A stretch of DNA of 64,000 bases, from IMG/VR virus record IMGVR_UViG_3300037247_001786, positions 192,001 through 256,000 of that record. One strand, written 5' to 3'. Of this stretch, positions 35,660 through 45,328 are shown one piece after another. Each line of letters opens with the position of its first letter. The stretch's first letter is position 1. Source of the DNA: a virus (lineage: Duplodnaviria > Caudoviricetes). Below the pieces are notes generated by a model. That model was not told where the DNA came from and made no database searches. It worked only from the letters and a program-made list of their open reading frames with translations. The position numbers were made by a program, and so were the translations under genes.

Positions 35660-35684
35660 TTATATCGTCTTTTTGTCGATATAA
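35660..35684. promoter_or_regulatory. Inverted repeat in the divergent intergenic gap
   Basis: ttatatcg-N9-cgatataa. Confidence 0.35.
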
Positions 35685-35704
35685 ATATAAAAGGAGAAAA
35701 TATT

Positions 35705-36385
35705 ATGAAAAAATTTAGCATTGTGATACCAACAAGAAATAGATTAAAAAAATTGTATAATGTTTTAAATACTATTCCTGAGTCTTCAACATATGTTGTC
35801 AAAATAGCTTGTGATGGAGATAAGGCTACTCATGATAGCCTTAAGAAAGATTACCCACATGTAGAGTCTTATTATTTCAAAGACCACAGAGGGTCTGTCT
35901 GGTGTCGTAACGAGATAATAAAGAATGAGACAGATGGAGTTCTTCCTTGTGTAGATGACATAGTTTTCCCAGAAGGTTATTTTGATTATATTTTTGATTT
36001 GTTTAATACAACTTTTCCAGATGATGATGGGGTATTGGGCGTCCGTCAGCAGGGAGAATTTTTCGAAGCCTATTCTCCTACTGGAATGGCTTTGATAGGT
36101 AAAGAATTCTTATCTAGATATCCCGATGGGCAGCTTTACTATCCTAGATATTATCACTTTGCTGCTCAGGAAATATATAATTTATGTAAAAAGATAAAAG
36201 AGCAGACTGAAAAAGAAACTTATAAATTGGCAGACAAATATGTGGTGAAGCACGGGAAAGCTCTTTATAGTAAAAGTATTTTTATGGACATGACTCATAA
36301 GGAGGCTAGGAGATTTAAAAAAAGAGATTTAACAGTAAAAGCCGAATTAAGAAAAACGGATCTAGGGACTTGGGGAACGGTGTAA
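35705..36385 (+). CDS. GT2/GT-A family glycosyltransferase
   Basis: FSIVIPTRNR, CDG, PCVDD. Confidence 0.7.
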   Translation: MKKFSIVIPTRNRLKKLYNVLNTIPESSTYVVKIACDGDKATHDSLKKDYPHVESYYFKDHRGSVWCRNEIIKNETDGVLPCVDDIVFPEGYFDYIFDLFNTTFPDDDGVLGVRQQGEFFEAYSPTGMALIGKEFLSRYPDGQLYYPRYYHFAAQEIYNLCKKIKEQTEKETYKLADKYVVKHGKALYSKSIFMDMTHKEARRFKKRDLTVKAELRKTDLGTWGTV

Positions 36386-36386
36386 T

Positions 36387-37235
36387 ATGGGTAACGTCAT
36401 TGACATATCTAATTATAAATGTTTAACTTGTAAATTGTGTTTAACAAAATGTAGTAAAGATACATTTAAAAGTTGCGACAAGTACGTTGAAAATAGAGAT
36501 AAGATAGATAAGAAAATAACTGTAATTATGAATACTTATAGGCGTTCTGATATCTATCTTTCTGAAGCTATAGAATCATTTCTAAAGCAATCTTATAAAA
36601 ATGCTATTTTGCAGATAACAAATACTCATCCATCACCATTAAAATTAGATAAAGATTATGATAATATTGTTATATATAATTTGAAAGATGTTTTTAAACA
36701 ATATCCAAGACATGCGGTATGGTCAGTGTTTAGAGTGAAGACTCCTTACTGGACAATATTAGATGATGATGATATTATACTTCCTTCATATTTGGAAGAA
36801 TTTAATAAGGTTATAGAAAAGAAGGAGGGGCAATACATCCAGATAATTAGGAGAAAAAGGATGTTAGTAGATAAAAATAAAATTTCAAAATTACCATGCG
36901 GCGGTTGGGGAGGGCGTTTGTTAAGTCGTTTTAAAGTTTCTGATTTAAAAAATATATTGAAGAAAAAACCATTTAACAGTTATCAGGGAATAGATAATTA
37001 TCTTACTTGGCATGCTCATTCTGGTATTGTATCGGAAGTTAAGTTGCCTCATACTTATATAACAAGAAGGCAGAAAGATGTCATTCATATATACAAAAGG
37101 AAAGACAATAATCTTAAAGTCGTAAGAAATAGAATATCTAAATCTAAAAAGAAAGCCTATTCAGAAGTTAGGGGAAGTACTGTCTCCCCTCATTGGGAAA
37201 AGGATTATATAAAGGAATATGGAAAATATGTCTAG
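36387..37235 (+). CDS. GT2/GT-A family glycosyltransferase
   Basis: ITVIMNTYRR, IESFLKQSY, ILDDDDIILP. Confidence 0.7.
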   Translation: MGNVIDISNYKCLTCKLCLTKCSKDTFKSCDKYVENRDKIDKKITVIMNTYRRSDIYLSEAIESFLKQSYKNAILQITNTHPSPLKLDKDYDNIVIYNLKDVFKQYPRHAVWSVFRVKTPYWTILDDDDIILPSYLEEFNKVIEKKEGQYIQIIRRKRMLVDKNKISKLPCGGWGGRLLSRFKVSDLKNILKKKPFNSYQGIDNYLTWHAHSGIVSEVKLPHTYITRRQKDVIHIYKRKDNNLKVVRNRISKSKKKAYSEVRGSTVSPHWEKDYIKEYGKYV

Positions 37236-38007
37236 TCAGTGGGTATTGCAACATAATGGCTATGGTTTAGGAAATTTTGTGATGGCTACCCCAGCACTTA
37301 AGTTACTCGCAGATAGAAGAGCCTCAAAAGTAGATGTTTTTTTTCAGACAGCATCTATATCTGAGCTTTATAGAGATTGCCCATTTATAAATGTTTTAAA
37401 TAAAAAGCCTAAAAATAAGCCTTTTTTTACAATTAGAATGGTTAAAAGGAAAAAACATGAAAGCGATTCAGAAGCATTGTGTAGGATATTATTAAAAAAT
37501 AAATTTAAGATGCCTCACACGTATATTGACACTGTATCAGAGTTTTCTTTTGATAAAAAAAACAAAAAATGCGTGTCTATCTTTCATGGTTGTTTGGGAA
37601 AAATTTATAAAGATAAAAAGGATATAGGAGTTGAGGCAAGACAGTATATCATAGATCAATTATCGAAAGAAGATGTGGATATTATTTTGATAGGTACGAA
37701 TCGAGATGGAGATAGATATTGGGGCAAGAATAATTTAAAAAATGTTAAAAATTATTTAGGAAAACACTCTTTAAGAAAAAGTGTAGGAATTTTAAATAGT
37801 TGTGATTGTTTTATATCTAATGATACTGGATTGTATCATGTGGCAGGGGCGTTAAGGAAAAAGGGATTAGTTTGTTGGAAGAAAACTAATCATATTAAAA
37901 ATATGTCTCCTTTTGATGGGATAACTCATTCTCGAAGTTCAAAAGGTTATTTCGACGTATATAAAAAAGATATTGATAACTTTATAAAAAGGATAATAAG
38001 AAAATGA
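37219..38007 (+). CDS. GT9-family (heptosyltransferase-like) glycosyltransferase
   Basis: GLGNFVMATPAL, FISNDTGLYHVAGAL. Confidence 0.8.
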   Translation: MENMSSQWVLQHNGYGLGNFVMATPALKLLADRRASKVDVFFQTASISELYRDCPFINVLNKKPKNKPFFTIRMVKRKKHESDSEALCRILLKNKFKMPHTYIDTVSEFSFDKKNKKCVSIFHGCLGKIYKDKKDIGVEARQYIIDQLSKEDVDIILIGTNRDGDRYWGKNNLKNVKNYLGKHSLRKSVGILNSCDCFISNDTGLYHVAGALRKKGLVCWKKTNHIKNMSPFDGITHSRSSKGYFDVYKKDIDNFIKRIIRK

Positions 38008-38924
38008 GAATAGTTTTTAACTTACATCGAGTTGGATTAGGAAATAATGGAGGCAGTAGAACTATTGTTAAATCTGCTGAAGCCCTTGCCTCTCTAGGTC
38101 AAGAAGTTATTATCGCCAGTAATATTAGAAATAAATATACATGGGAACCTATCAACAAAAAAGTTAATTTTATTTGCAGTAAAAATATCCCCAAAGGGGA
38201 TATCATTATTGCTACAGGTATAGGAAGTGTTGGGAGTACAGTCTCCTCTAATTTCAAAAAGAAATTTTATTTTATAAGGGGCTTCGAAACCTGGGCTGCA
38301 AAAAAATCAGTTCTTTTAAAATCTTATAAATCGTTACAATGCATTGTTAATAGCGGTTGGCTTAAAAAAATGCTAAAGAGTAATGGGATAAAATCTAATT
38401 TAGTTTATAACGGTTTGGATTTTGAAGATTTTTACGATATGGATACTGAAAGACATAGTTCTTTAGGAGGATTATATAGCAAGCGGCACAAGACTAAAAA
38501 TCATGATTTTATTTCTAAATATTCCAATGAAAAAAATATTCCGATAGTGCTTTTAAATAGAGATATAAAGGATTCTAATCCTAAAAATATTAATAAATGG
38601 TATAATACTATTAAGGTCTGGGCTTCTCCGAGCGAGCTAGAGGGGTTACATAATCCTCCTATGGAAGCGTCTTTATCTGGTTGCGGTTTGGTTTCTACTG
38701 ATCATCCTAGATCTGGGACATCCGATTATGCCATTTCTAATGAAACGGCATTAATATATAAACATGGAGATATGCGTAGTTTTGATAACCAAGTTACAAA
38801 ATTATTAGAAGATGAACCTCTTCGACAGAATTTAAATAGGAATATGATAAGGTTATTGAAGGATAAAATAGGAACGAGGCAAAAAAATATGCAAAAATTT
38901 ATAGAGATATTGGATAAAAAGTAA
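38004..38924 (+). CDS. GT4-family glycosyltransferase
   Basis: NGGSRTI, VYNGLD, PSELEGLHNPPMEA (EX7E). Confidence 0.8.
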   Translation: MRIVFNLHRVGLGNNGGSRTIVKSAEALASLGQEVIIASNIRNKYTWEPINKKVNFICSKNIPKGDIIIATGIGSVGSTVSSNFKKKFYFIRGFETWAAKKSVLLKSYKSLQCIVNSGWLKKMLKSNGIKSNLVYNGLDFEDFYDMDTERHSSLGGLYSKRHKTKNHDFISKYSNEKNIPIVLLNRDIKDSNPKNINKWYNTIKVWASPSELEGLHNPPMEASLSGCGLVSTDHPRSGTSDYAISNETALIYKHGDMRSFDNQVTKLLEDEPLRQNLNRNMIRLLKDKIGTRQKNMQKFIEILDKK

Positions 38925-38925
38925 T

Positions 38926-39549
38926 ATGAATAAATGTCATATAAGAAAAATAGAAAGCCAGTTCGGAAAAATTATTAAGAGGGAGAGAGTAAGCAGCTGG
39001 AGACAAGTGTACAAATTGCATTTTAAGAGTTCTGTACTTAGACTTGATATACTTAAAAAAAATGACCCCACTTTGATGTATCATAAAATGTGTTTAGATC
39101 AAGGACTTATCTGTTTTCCAAAGATACAGAAAGTTTTTAAGGAAGGTAATCTATGCTTAAAAATAAGTGAATGGATAGAGGGTAGAACTTATTCTGATAT
39201 TTTTAGATCAGGTTCTTTAGAGAAGAGCATGGTTTTTAAAATGGGAAGTTCAGTTGCTAAAGTAAATATGATATCTCAGAATAGACTTCATTTACATAAT
39301 GATGATATTACCTATCATAATGTTATGCTCGATAGAAACGGCAATTTTATCATGTTTGATTTAGATAGGCTATCTTTTATTAAAGATGTGGATGGGGCAT
39401 TGGTTAAGACTTTACTAAAGAGGATTTCAAATAAAGAAATGATAGATTCTTTTTTAGAAGGATATAAAAAACATAGAGATATAAATAATTTGATTTCTTT
39501 GTGCCAGCAGAGAAATTGGAAATGGAAATGGAAAAAAAAAGGAGTGTAA
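38926..39549 (+). CDS. APH/protein-kinase-like phosphotransferase
   Basis: SEWIEG, HLHNDDITYHNVML, MFDLD. Confidence 0.65.
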   Translation: MNKCHIRKIESQFGKIIKRERVSSWRQVYKLHFKSSVLRLDILKKNDPTLMYHKMCLDQGLICFPKIQKVFKEGNLCLKISEWIEGRTYSDIFRSGSLEKSMVFKMGSSVAKVNMISQNRLHLHNDDITYHNVMLDRNGNFIMFDLDRLSFIKDVDGALVKTLLKRISNKEMIDSFLEGYKKHRDINNLISLCQQRNWKWKWKKKGV

Positions 39550-39550
39550 T

Positions 39551-40165
39551 ATGAATAAAATTACTATGAAAACATTTAGATCACAGCTAAGTAGTCTAAA
39601 CAAGAAATGGAGAAAGATTTCACCGAAACAGAAGATATATCAAGCTCCGAATAAGAGACTTGCAAACGCTATGGAGAATTTTGATTTTTTGAAAGGATGT
39701 AACGTCTTGGATATAGGATGTAATCAGGGTTTGCATTCTTTAATGTTGTCCAATATATCTAACAGCGTAATAGGATTAGAGGGGAACGAGAATACTTATA
39801 AAAGAGCGTTATGCACTCAAAAGCATTTCTCTTCATTAGGGTATAATTCCAGTAATGTTACTTTTGTAAATAGTCCTCTTAAAGACTTTAATGACTATGA
39901 AGGGGTTAACGCTATATTGGCTTGTTGCTGCATTTACAATATGAACGATGAGAATATAGATAACTTCATTGCCATCTTAAAGCAATGTCATAAATTAATA
40001 TATCAGACGAGACCAGCAGCGAATTCGAGGATCAAAGATAGAAGCAGACACGACCTTTGTTTAGAAAAGGACGTTATTAAGTTTCTAGAGGCAGAAGATT
40101 TTACTATTGTAGAGCATAAGCATTCTAATTCAAAATGGCCAATTTTTTGTGCAGAGAGGAAATAA
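39551..40165 (+). CDS. Class I SAM-dependent methyltransferase
   Basis: VLDIGCNQG, VIGLEG. Confidence 0.8.
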   Translation: MNKITMKTFRSQLSSLNKKWRKISPKQKIYQAPNKRLANAMENFDFLKGCNVLDIGCNQGLHSLMLSNISNSVIGLEGNENTYKRALCTQKHFSSLGYNSSNVTFVNSPLKDFNDYEGVNAILACCCIYNMNDENIDNFIAILKQCHKLIYQTRPAANSRIKDRSRHDLCLEKDVIKFLEAEDFTIVEHKHSNSKWPIFCAERK

Positions 40166-40166
40166 T

Positions 40167-40802
40167 ATGAATATAAGTTTCTCAATAACAGCTATGGTCA
40201 GGCCAGAGATTTTGAAGAGGACATTAAAGTCTTTCTCTGCTAATATAAAAGGATTGGATTTAAAAGAATGCGATGTTTTTATCAATGTAGACCCAATACC
40301 AGGAGACGGGAGCCAAGACTCGGTAGTAGATGTGGCTTCTTCGTTTTTTGGGAATGTTATTGCTAGCTTACCGAAGAAACCCAATTTTACGAAAGCCGTT
40401 AACTGGTGTTTAGCAACGGCAGATTCGGATTACCTTTTTCATCTAGAAGACGATTGGGAATTAGTACAAAAGTTTGACATTATAAACGTAATGAAGAAAA
40501 CATTTGCAGATAAGAGAGTACAACAGTTGGCTCTGCGTGCATATTCGTATCCTTATAATAAGGTTTGCCTAAGTCCTAGTATAATGAAGAAGGAATTGTA
40601 CAAAAGCTTCGTTGATAAGTTCGATTTAAAGATAAACCCAGAGATACAATTGAGACCCAGTTGGGTTAATAAATCTACTATCGTCGCTTATCCCAGTAAA
40701 AGAATTATAGTTAAAGACATCGGTAGGTTATGGATAAAAAAATCAGGATATAAGAAGTCGGGTGATAAGAAATTTCAATTTATTAAATGGGAGGAGAAAT
40801 GA
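40167..40802 (+). CDS. GT-A/GT2-like glycosyltransferase
   Basis: ITAMVRPEIL, INVD, YLFHLEDDWEL. Confidence 0.65.
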   Translation: MNISFSITAMVRPEILKRTLKSFSANIKGLDLKECDVFINVDPIPGDGSQDSVVDVASSFFGNVIASLPKKPNFTKAVNWCLATADSDYLFHLEDDWELVQKFDIINVMKKTFADKRVQQLALRAYSYPYNKVCLSPSIMKKELYKSFVDKFDLKINPEIQLRPSWVNKSTIVAYPSKRIIVKDIGRLWIKKSGYKKSGDKKFQFIKWEEK

Positions 40803-41716
40803 GAGTAATAGTTTTATACGGGTATATGTCTGATGGAGGACATAATAAGAAAAATCAGAAAATGATAGATGGTATTTTGACTTGCGGCTATAGAGAGTTT
40901 GCAAAAAATGCCGGTTGTATTATCTACCCTTGCATCCAATATAGGCTTAAAGAGTCTTGGGAGTATTCAATGCCTAATCCAGACGATATAGTCGATTTCT
41001 GTAATGATCATCCAGATGCTATTGTTTGGTCTGTGAAATATTCTCCAGAAAAGAATGAGATTCTGTCTCGAATAAAAAACTTTAAGATTCATTATCCATG
41101 CAATGCCAAAAACTCTATAAATTCATACTGTGATATCAATCTAGTGGATACAGAGCAGAGGATGACAAATGCTTCTTGTCGTCTATACTTAAAAGGGAAA
41201 GACCCTGACTTTTGGAAGCCAATAGAAGAGAAGAAGTTTGATTACCTTTTGATGGGAACAAGAGATGACAAGAACCAGAGCTATTTCATTAGGCAGCTAA
41301 ATTCTATTAAGCAGAAGAGGAAGATATTATGGATTGGAGGTAAAGGAAAGGTTAAAAAAACTATAAGAACTCATCATGAGGTTAGTTACACATCAGTTGG
41401 AGGTCCGGAATTTGTCAGTAAGAAAATAGGATTAGCAAAAATAGGAATATTGTATTCTGAGATTGCTAGTGAAGGCTTTCCTCAGTCATTTTTAGAGATG
41501 ACGATGTCCGGAGTCCCTGTAGTTTATGGAGGACCGTATAATCCTCTATACTTCTTTAAGGAAAACTCTTCCAGACCTAAAAAGAAGCATTTAATAATAG
41601 AAGCCGAAGATAGGTTAAAAAAATACAATGCTGATGTTAGTAAGGCTTGCCGAGCTTGTGCCGTTGATCATTATAGTATTGAAAAATCTATAGAAAGGAT
41701 GTGTTCATTTCGATGA
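40799..41716 (+). CDS. GT4-like glycosyltransferase
   Basis: KGKDPDFWKP, EGFPQSFLE (EX7E), GVPVV. Confidence 0.65.
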   Translation: MRVIVLYGYMSDGGHNKKNQKMIDGILTCGYREFAKNAGCIIYPCIQYRLKESWEYSMPNPDDIVDFCNDHPDAIVWSVKYSPEKNEILSRIKNFKIHYPCNAKNSINSYCDINLVDTEQRMTNASCRLYLKGKDPDFWKPIEEKKFDYLLMGTRDDKNQSYFIRQLNSIKQKRKILWIGGKGKVKKTIRTHHEVSYTSVGGPEFVSKKIGLAKIGILYSEIASEGFPQSFLEMTMSGVPVVYGGPYNPLYFFKENSSRPKKKHLIIEAEDRLKKYNADVSKACRACAVDHYSIEKSIERMCSFR

Positions 41717-42813
41717 AAAAAAGAATATTAATTGTAGCCACAATTTATAGATGTGGTCAAAAAATGTATCCAGTTATCCCTCTTCTTTGTCAGAAGTATG
41801 AGATTGATGTCCTTATGTTCAATCAGATGAGTGAGGATACTCCTTGGCATGGAGATAACGACCCAAGACTATTATTCTATAAGAAATGTGTAGAAGATGG
41901 GGCTACTGTCATGCAAGGTCCAAGTGCGGATTATATATCAAAGCATTATAAGGATTTATCTATTGTCTCAAAGATAGATTATGCGAAGTATAATATGATT
42001 CTATTGGATGATAATTTTGTCAAGGGAGGTTGGGGAACACCTCTTCTATGTAGAGAAGCTAGAAAACGAGGCATCATTGTTGTCGCGACTCCTCATGGCA
42101 ATCATGAGTTTGATAGATATGGCATTAAGGATAAACTAGGCGACATATTTGATTATTCCTTTGTTTTTGGAAAAAGAGAACAGCGAGAATTAATTGGTAA
42201 GCATAGAAGGAAGTTTCTTTTGCCTGGAGGAATCCCAGCTAACGATGTCCTCAAAAATTATAAGCGGACTAATGAGAACATTCTAATAGTTGTTAGCTAT
42301 GTAGACAAATTCAACTCTCGCAAAAAGAATCAAAACGGTTATTTACCTTTTACTGAAAAAACATTTTTAGATTTAGGTATTCCAGCCTTGCAGAAAAAGT
42401 ATGGACTAAATGTAATCATCAAAGAAAAAAGTAGATTCAAAAAGGGTTTAGATTACTCTCTGAAACATATGGAGAAATATGAGGGAGTTAAAGTTATTAT
42501 GGACCATCCAGATAACAATCAATTGATTGCTGAATCGGCTCTTCTTGTTTCGGCTCCATCGACATTATGTTTCAAGGCGATGCAGATAGGAATACCCACT
42601 GTATTGTTGAAACGGTATGGGATGACTGGCAATTTTAAGGGCTACGACGGTCTTATCGATATAGGCAAGGATGACATTAATGAGTCTATAGAGAGAGTCA
42701 TTAATAACGAGTATCCTGGTTTTATAGAAGATGTCCTTGAAGGCGGTAACGATTTTTCATCGACAGAGATATATGTAAAAACAATTAATGATATTTTGGG
42801 AGGAACTATATAA
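41713..42813 (+). CDS. GT-B-fold sugar-transferase-like protein
   Basis: PHG, VFG, LLVSAPSTLCFKAMQIGIPTV C-terminal pattern. Confidence 0.5.
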   Translation: MKKRILIVATIYRCGQKMYPVIPLLCQKYEIDVLMFNQMSEDTPWHGDNDPRLLFYKKCVEDGATVMQGPSADYISKHYKDLSIVSKIDYAKYNMILLDDNFVKGGWGTPLLCREARKRGIIVVATPHGNHEFDRYGIKDKLGDIFDYSFVFGKREQRELIGKHRRKFLLPGGIPANDVLKNYKRTNENILIVVSYVDKFNSRKKNQNGYLPFTEKTFLDLGIPALQKKYGLNVIIKEKSRFKKGLDYSLKHMEKYEGVKVIMDHPDNNQLIAESALLVSAPSTLCFKAMQIGIPTVLLKRYGMTGNFKGYDGLIDIGKDDINESIERVINNEYPGFIEDVLEGGNDFSSTEIYVKTINDILGGTI

Positions 42814-43769
42814 TGTTTGATTTTATAGTTTATGTTTCAAGCCGCAATAATTATGATATGTTAGAAAACGAAGTGATTAGAAATGTATTTTATCCAAATA
42901 TTATTTTTGTCAATGTAGATGATGGTTCCTGTGAAAAAGAGAAGTCAAAAGGCATGAGAATTTGCAAAGAGAACAACATTCCTTTTATAGAAAATGAAAA
43001 ACGAGGGTTACAGTGGGCTACAAAGTCTGTTGTTAATTACGCTAAGAAAAATCATCCGAATGTAAAATTTTTAATACATTTCCAGCATGATAACTATCCT
43101 ATGTTTATAGATTTTTATACAAAATTTCAGCGTTATATAGATAGTGGCTTTTTGGATGAATTTGGAACTATTGGATTTAATATTCTTGATATAGATGGAA
43201 GGAACACCAAAAAGTCTTACAAGTTAAAAAAGGATAAAGGGAAAGATGTCTTAGGCATGTGCGGCGTTGCTAATTTAGAGGAATCTAAAGCCGTATATTA
43301 TTGCAATAATCACATTTCTATGGATTGGAAAATATGGGGAAACCCTTTTGCGGTGGAATCTGTTATGTGGTGTTGTTTAGCAATTAATATAGAACTTTTT
43401 GAGAAATATATAGACGTTACGGACAAATACCATTTGCATTTATGGGGAGCGGATATATGTTATCAATTCTGCAAAAATAATATATATAACGTTGCTCTTC
43501 CTGATCTTTACGTTACGAATCATATGGCGTTGAAATCTAAATACGATATATCATCTAATTCAGCCAAAGGCTCTAAGGGTGGCGATGAATATCATTTTGG
43601 GCATAACAACCATCATAGTATCTTTAGAGAAAGATTTGGTTTTTGTTGGAAAGATTCTAGGAAGACTTTCGCAAAGGTTAAAAACGAGTACAAAGAAACG
43701 CTGTTGTATAAGTTTTTTAACCATAATATAAAAAATGGACCTCTCAAGACATGGGATATGCAGTTATGA
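42813..43769 (+). CDS. GT2-like glycosyltransferase
   Basis: VNVDDGS, FQHDNY, HLWGADICY. Confidence 0.65.
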   Translation: MFDFIVYVSSRNNYDMLENEVIRNVFYPNIIFVNVDDGSCEKEKSKGMRICKENNIPFIENEKRGLQWATKSVVNYAKKNHPNVKFLIHFQHDNYPMFIDFYTKFQRYIDSGFLDEFGTIGFNILDIDGRNTKKSYKLKKDKGKDVLGMCGVANLEESKAVYYCNNHISMDWKIWGNPFAVESVMWCCLAINIELFEKYIDVTDKYHLHLWGADICYQFCKNNIYNVALPDLYVTNHMALKSKYDISSNSAKGSKGGDEYHFGHNNHHSIFRERFGFCWKDSRKTFAKVKNEYKETLLYKFFNHNIKNGPLKTWDMQL

Positions 43770-44761
43770 AAATTGTAATCATCATTGGGACGAGACCCCA
43801 GTACATAAAGATAAAACCTCTTTATGACTATTTAAAAAATAATAATATTGACAGTTATTTAATTGATACAAACCAGCATTATTCAGACAGTGTCTCAAAG
43901 AACATCATAGAGGGTTTAGATTTAGAGATAGACCAGAATCTTCAAATCAAATCAGGTGACGAGATGTCTTTTTTATCAGATGCCCTCACATCTATTTCTG
44001 AGGCATTGCAATCTGTATGCGATGAAGGAGACGTAGTTGTAGTTATCGGCGATACAAATAGCACTCTCGTCTCTTCTATCGTAGCTAAAAAACTAGGGCT
44101 AAGATTAGCTCATATCGAAGCTGGTATTAGATGTAACGATAGATCTCGCCCAGAAGAACTAAACAGGATAGTTGTCGATAGCTTATCGGATGTCCATTTT
44201 ATTTCTAGAAAAAGAGATTCTTCAAATGTTTCAAATCCTATTTATGTCGGAGATTTAGAGTACAGTTTTTTATACAGTATAGAGCATAAATATAACGACA
44301 TTACATATGATGGAGATATATTACTAACTATCCACAGGCAAGAGAATATGAATGTATCAGTTTTATATAATATTTTCGAATACTGCCATTCATTAGAACA
44401 GCCGATACTCTTTCCAATGCATCATAGATCCAATAATTTTATCAAAGCCAACGGTATTAATATCCCGAATAATATCAAGATTATTGAGCCTTTGGAATAT
44501 TTCGATATGATACAAGTTATGAGAAATTGCAAAGGAATCATCACGGATAGCGGTGGAGTTTCTAAGACTTCTCCTTTTTTTGGAAAGAAATGTATCATAC
44601 CTCTTAAAAAAATAGAATGGTCCGAAATAATTGATGCTGGCTACGCTACAAACGAATTAAAAACAGGCTGGTTTGACGATTGTAAGATAGACAGAGATAT
44701 GAATTTTTATTACGCAGAAGATAGTTGTAAGACTATCTTGAAGGGATTATATGGAAAGTAA
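43766..44761 (+). CDS. Non-hydrolysing UDP-GlcNAc(3NAcA) 2-epimerase, WbpI/WecB-like
   Basis: IGTRPQYIK, TNQHY, GDTNSTL, AHIEAG, TIHRQEN, TDSGG. Confidence 0.88.
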   Translation: MKIVIIIGTRPQYIKIKPLYDYLKNNNIDSYLIDTNQHYSDSVSKNIIEGLDLEIDQNLQIKSGDEMSFLSDALTSISEALQSVCDEGDVVVVIGDTNSTLVSSIVAKKLGLRLAHIEAGIRCNDRSRPEELNRIVVDSLSDVHFISRKRDSSNVSNPIYVGDLEYSFLYSIEHKYNDITYDGDILLTIHRQENMNVSVLYNIFEYCHSLEQPILFPMHHRSNNFIKANGINIPNNIKIIEPLEYFDMIQVMRNCKGIITDSGGVSKTSPFFGKKCIIPLKKIEWSEIIDAGYATNELKTGWFDDCKIDRDMNFYYAEDSCKTILKGLYGK

Positions 44762-45308
44762 GTTTTTCGTACATGAATCATCATATATTGATGGAGAACC
44801 TAATATTGGAAAGGGTACGTTGATATGGCATTTTTCGCATGTACAAGAAGGAGCTATAATAGGAAAGAATTGTACTATCGGTCAAAATGTGAATATCGCT
44901 TCTGGTGCCATCATCGGGGATAACGTAAAGATACAGAACAACGTTAGCGTTTATGACGGAGTTATTATTGAGGATGATGTATTTATCGGACCTTCAGTTG
45001 TCTTTACTAATGTTATTAATCCTAGAGCTTTTGTTCAGAGGAAAGACGAGTTTAAGAAAACGATTGTTAGAAAAGGGTCTTCGATAGGAGCTAATGCTAC
45101 GATTGTATGCGGTTTAAATATTGGGGAATATGCCCTAGTGGGGGCCGGTTCGGTAGTAACTAAAAACGTCATGAGTAATGAGGTTGTTGTAGGGGTTCCC
45201 GCCTTAGTTATAGGTAGGATATGTGCTTGTGGTAATCTTATTAAGAAGAATAGAGAGAATACTATGGTGGTATTTGAATGTAGTCGCTGTAATGAAAAGA
45301 TTCATTAA
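44751..45308 (+). CDS. wbpD: Hexapeptide-repeat N-acetyltransferase, WbpD/WlbB-like
   Basis: IWHFSH, IGQNV, KIQNNVSVY, FIGPSVVFTNVINPR, IGANATIVCG. Confidence 0.85.
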   Translation: MESKFFVHESSYIDGEPNIGKGTLIWHFSHVQEGAIIGKNCTIGQNVNIASGAIIGDNVKIQNNVSVYDGVIIEDDVFIGPSVVFTNVINPRAFVQRKDEFKKTIVRKGSSIGANATIVCGLNIGEYALVGAGSVVTKNVMSNEVVVGVPALVIGRICACGNLIKKNRENTMVVFECSRCNEKIH

Positions 45309-45328
45309 GATGTTCATAAGGAGAATTA

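Noticed and set aside
34440-35704. Site-specific invertible (phase-variable) cassette
   Set aside because: I could find no inverted repeats shared by the two boundaries and there is no recombinase in the window. Kept only as an orientation anomaly.
35656-35802. N-terminal 49 aa of the minus-strand ORF 35065..35802 as a membrane anchor
   Set aside because: It overlaps the + strand GT at 35705, and paralog alignment begins at MIITSF (35655), so the hydrophobic extension is probably not translated.
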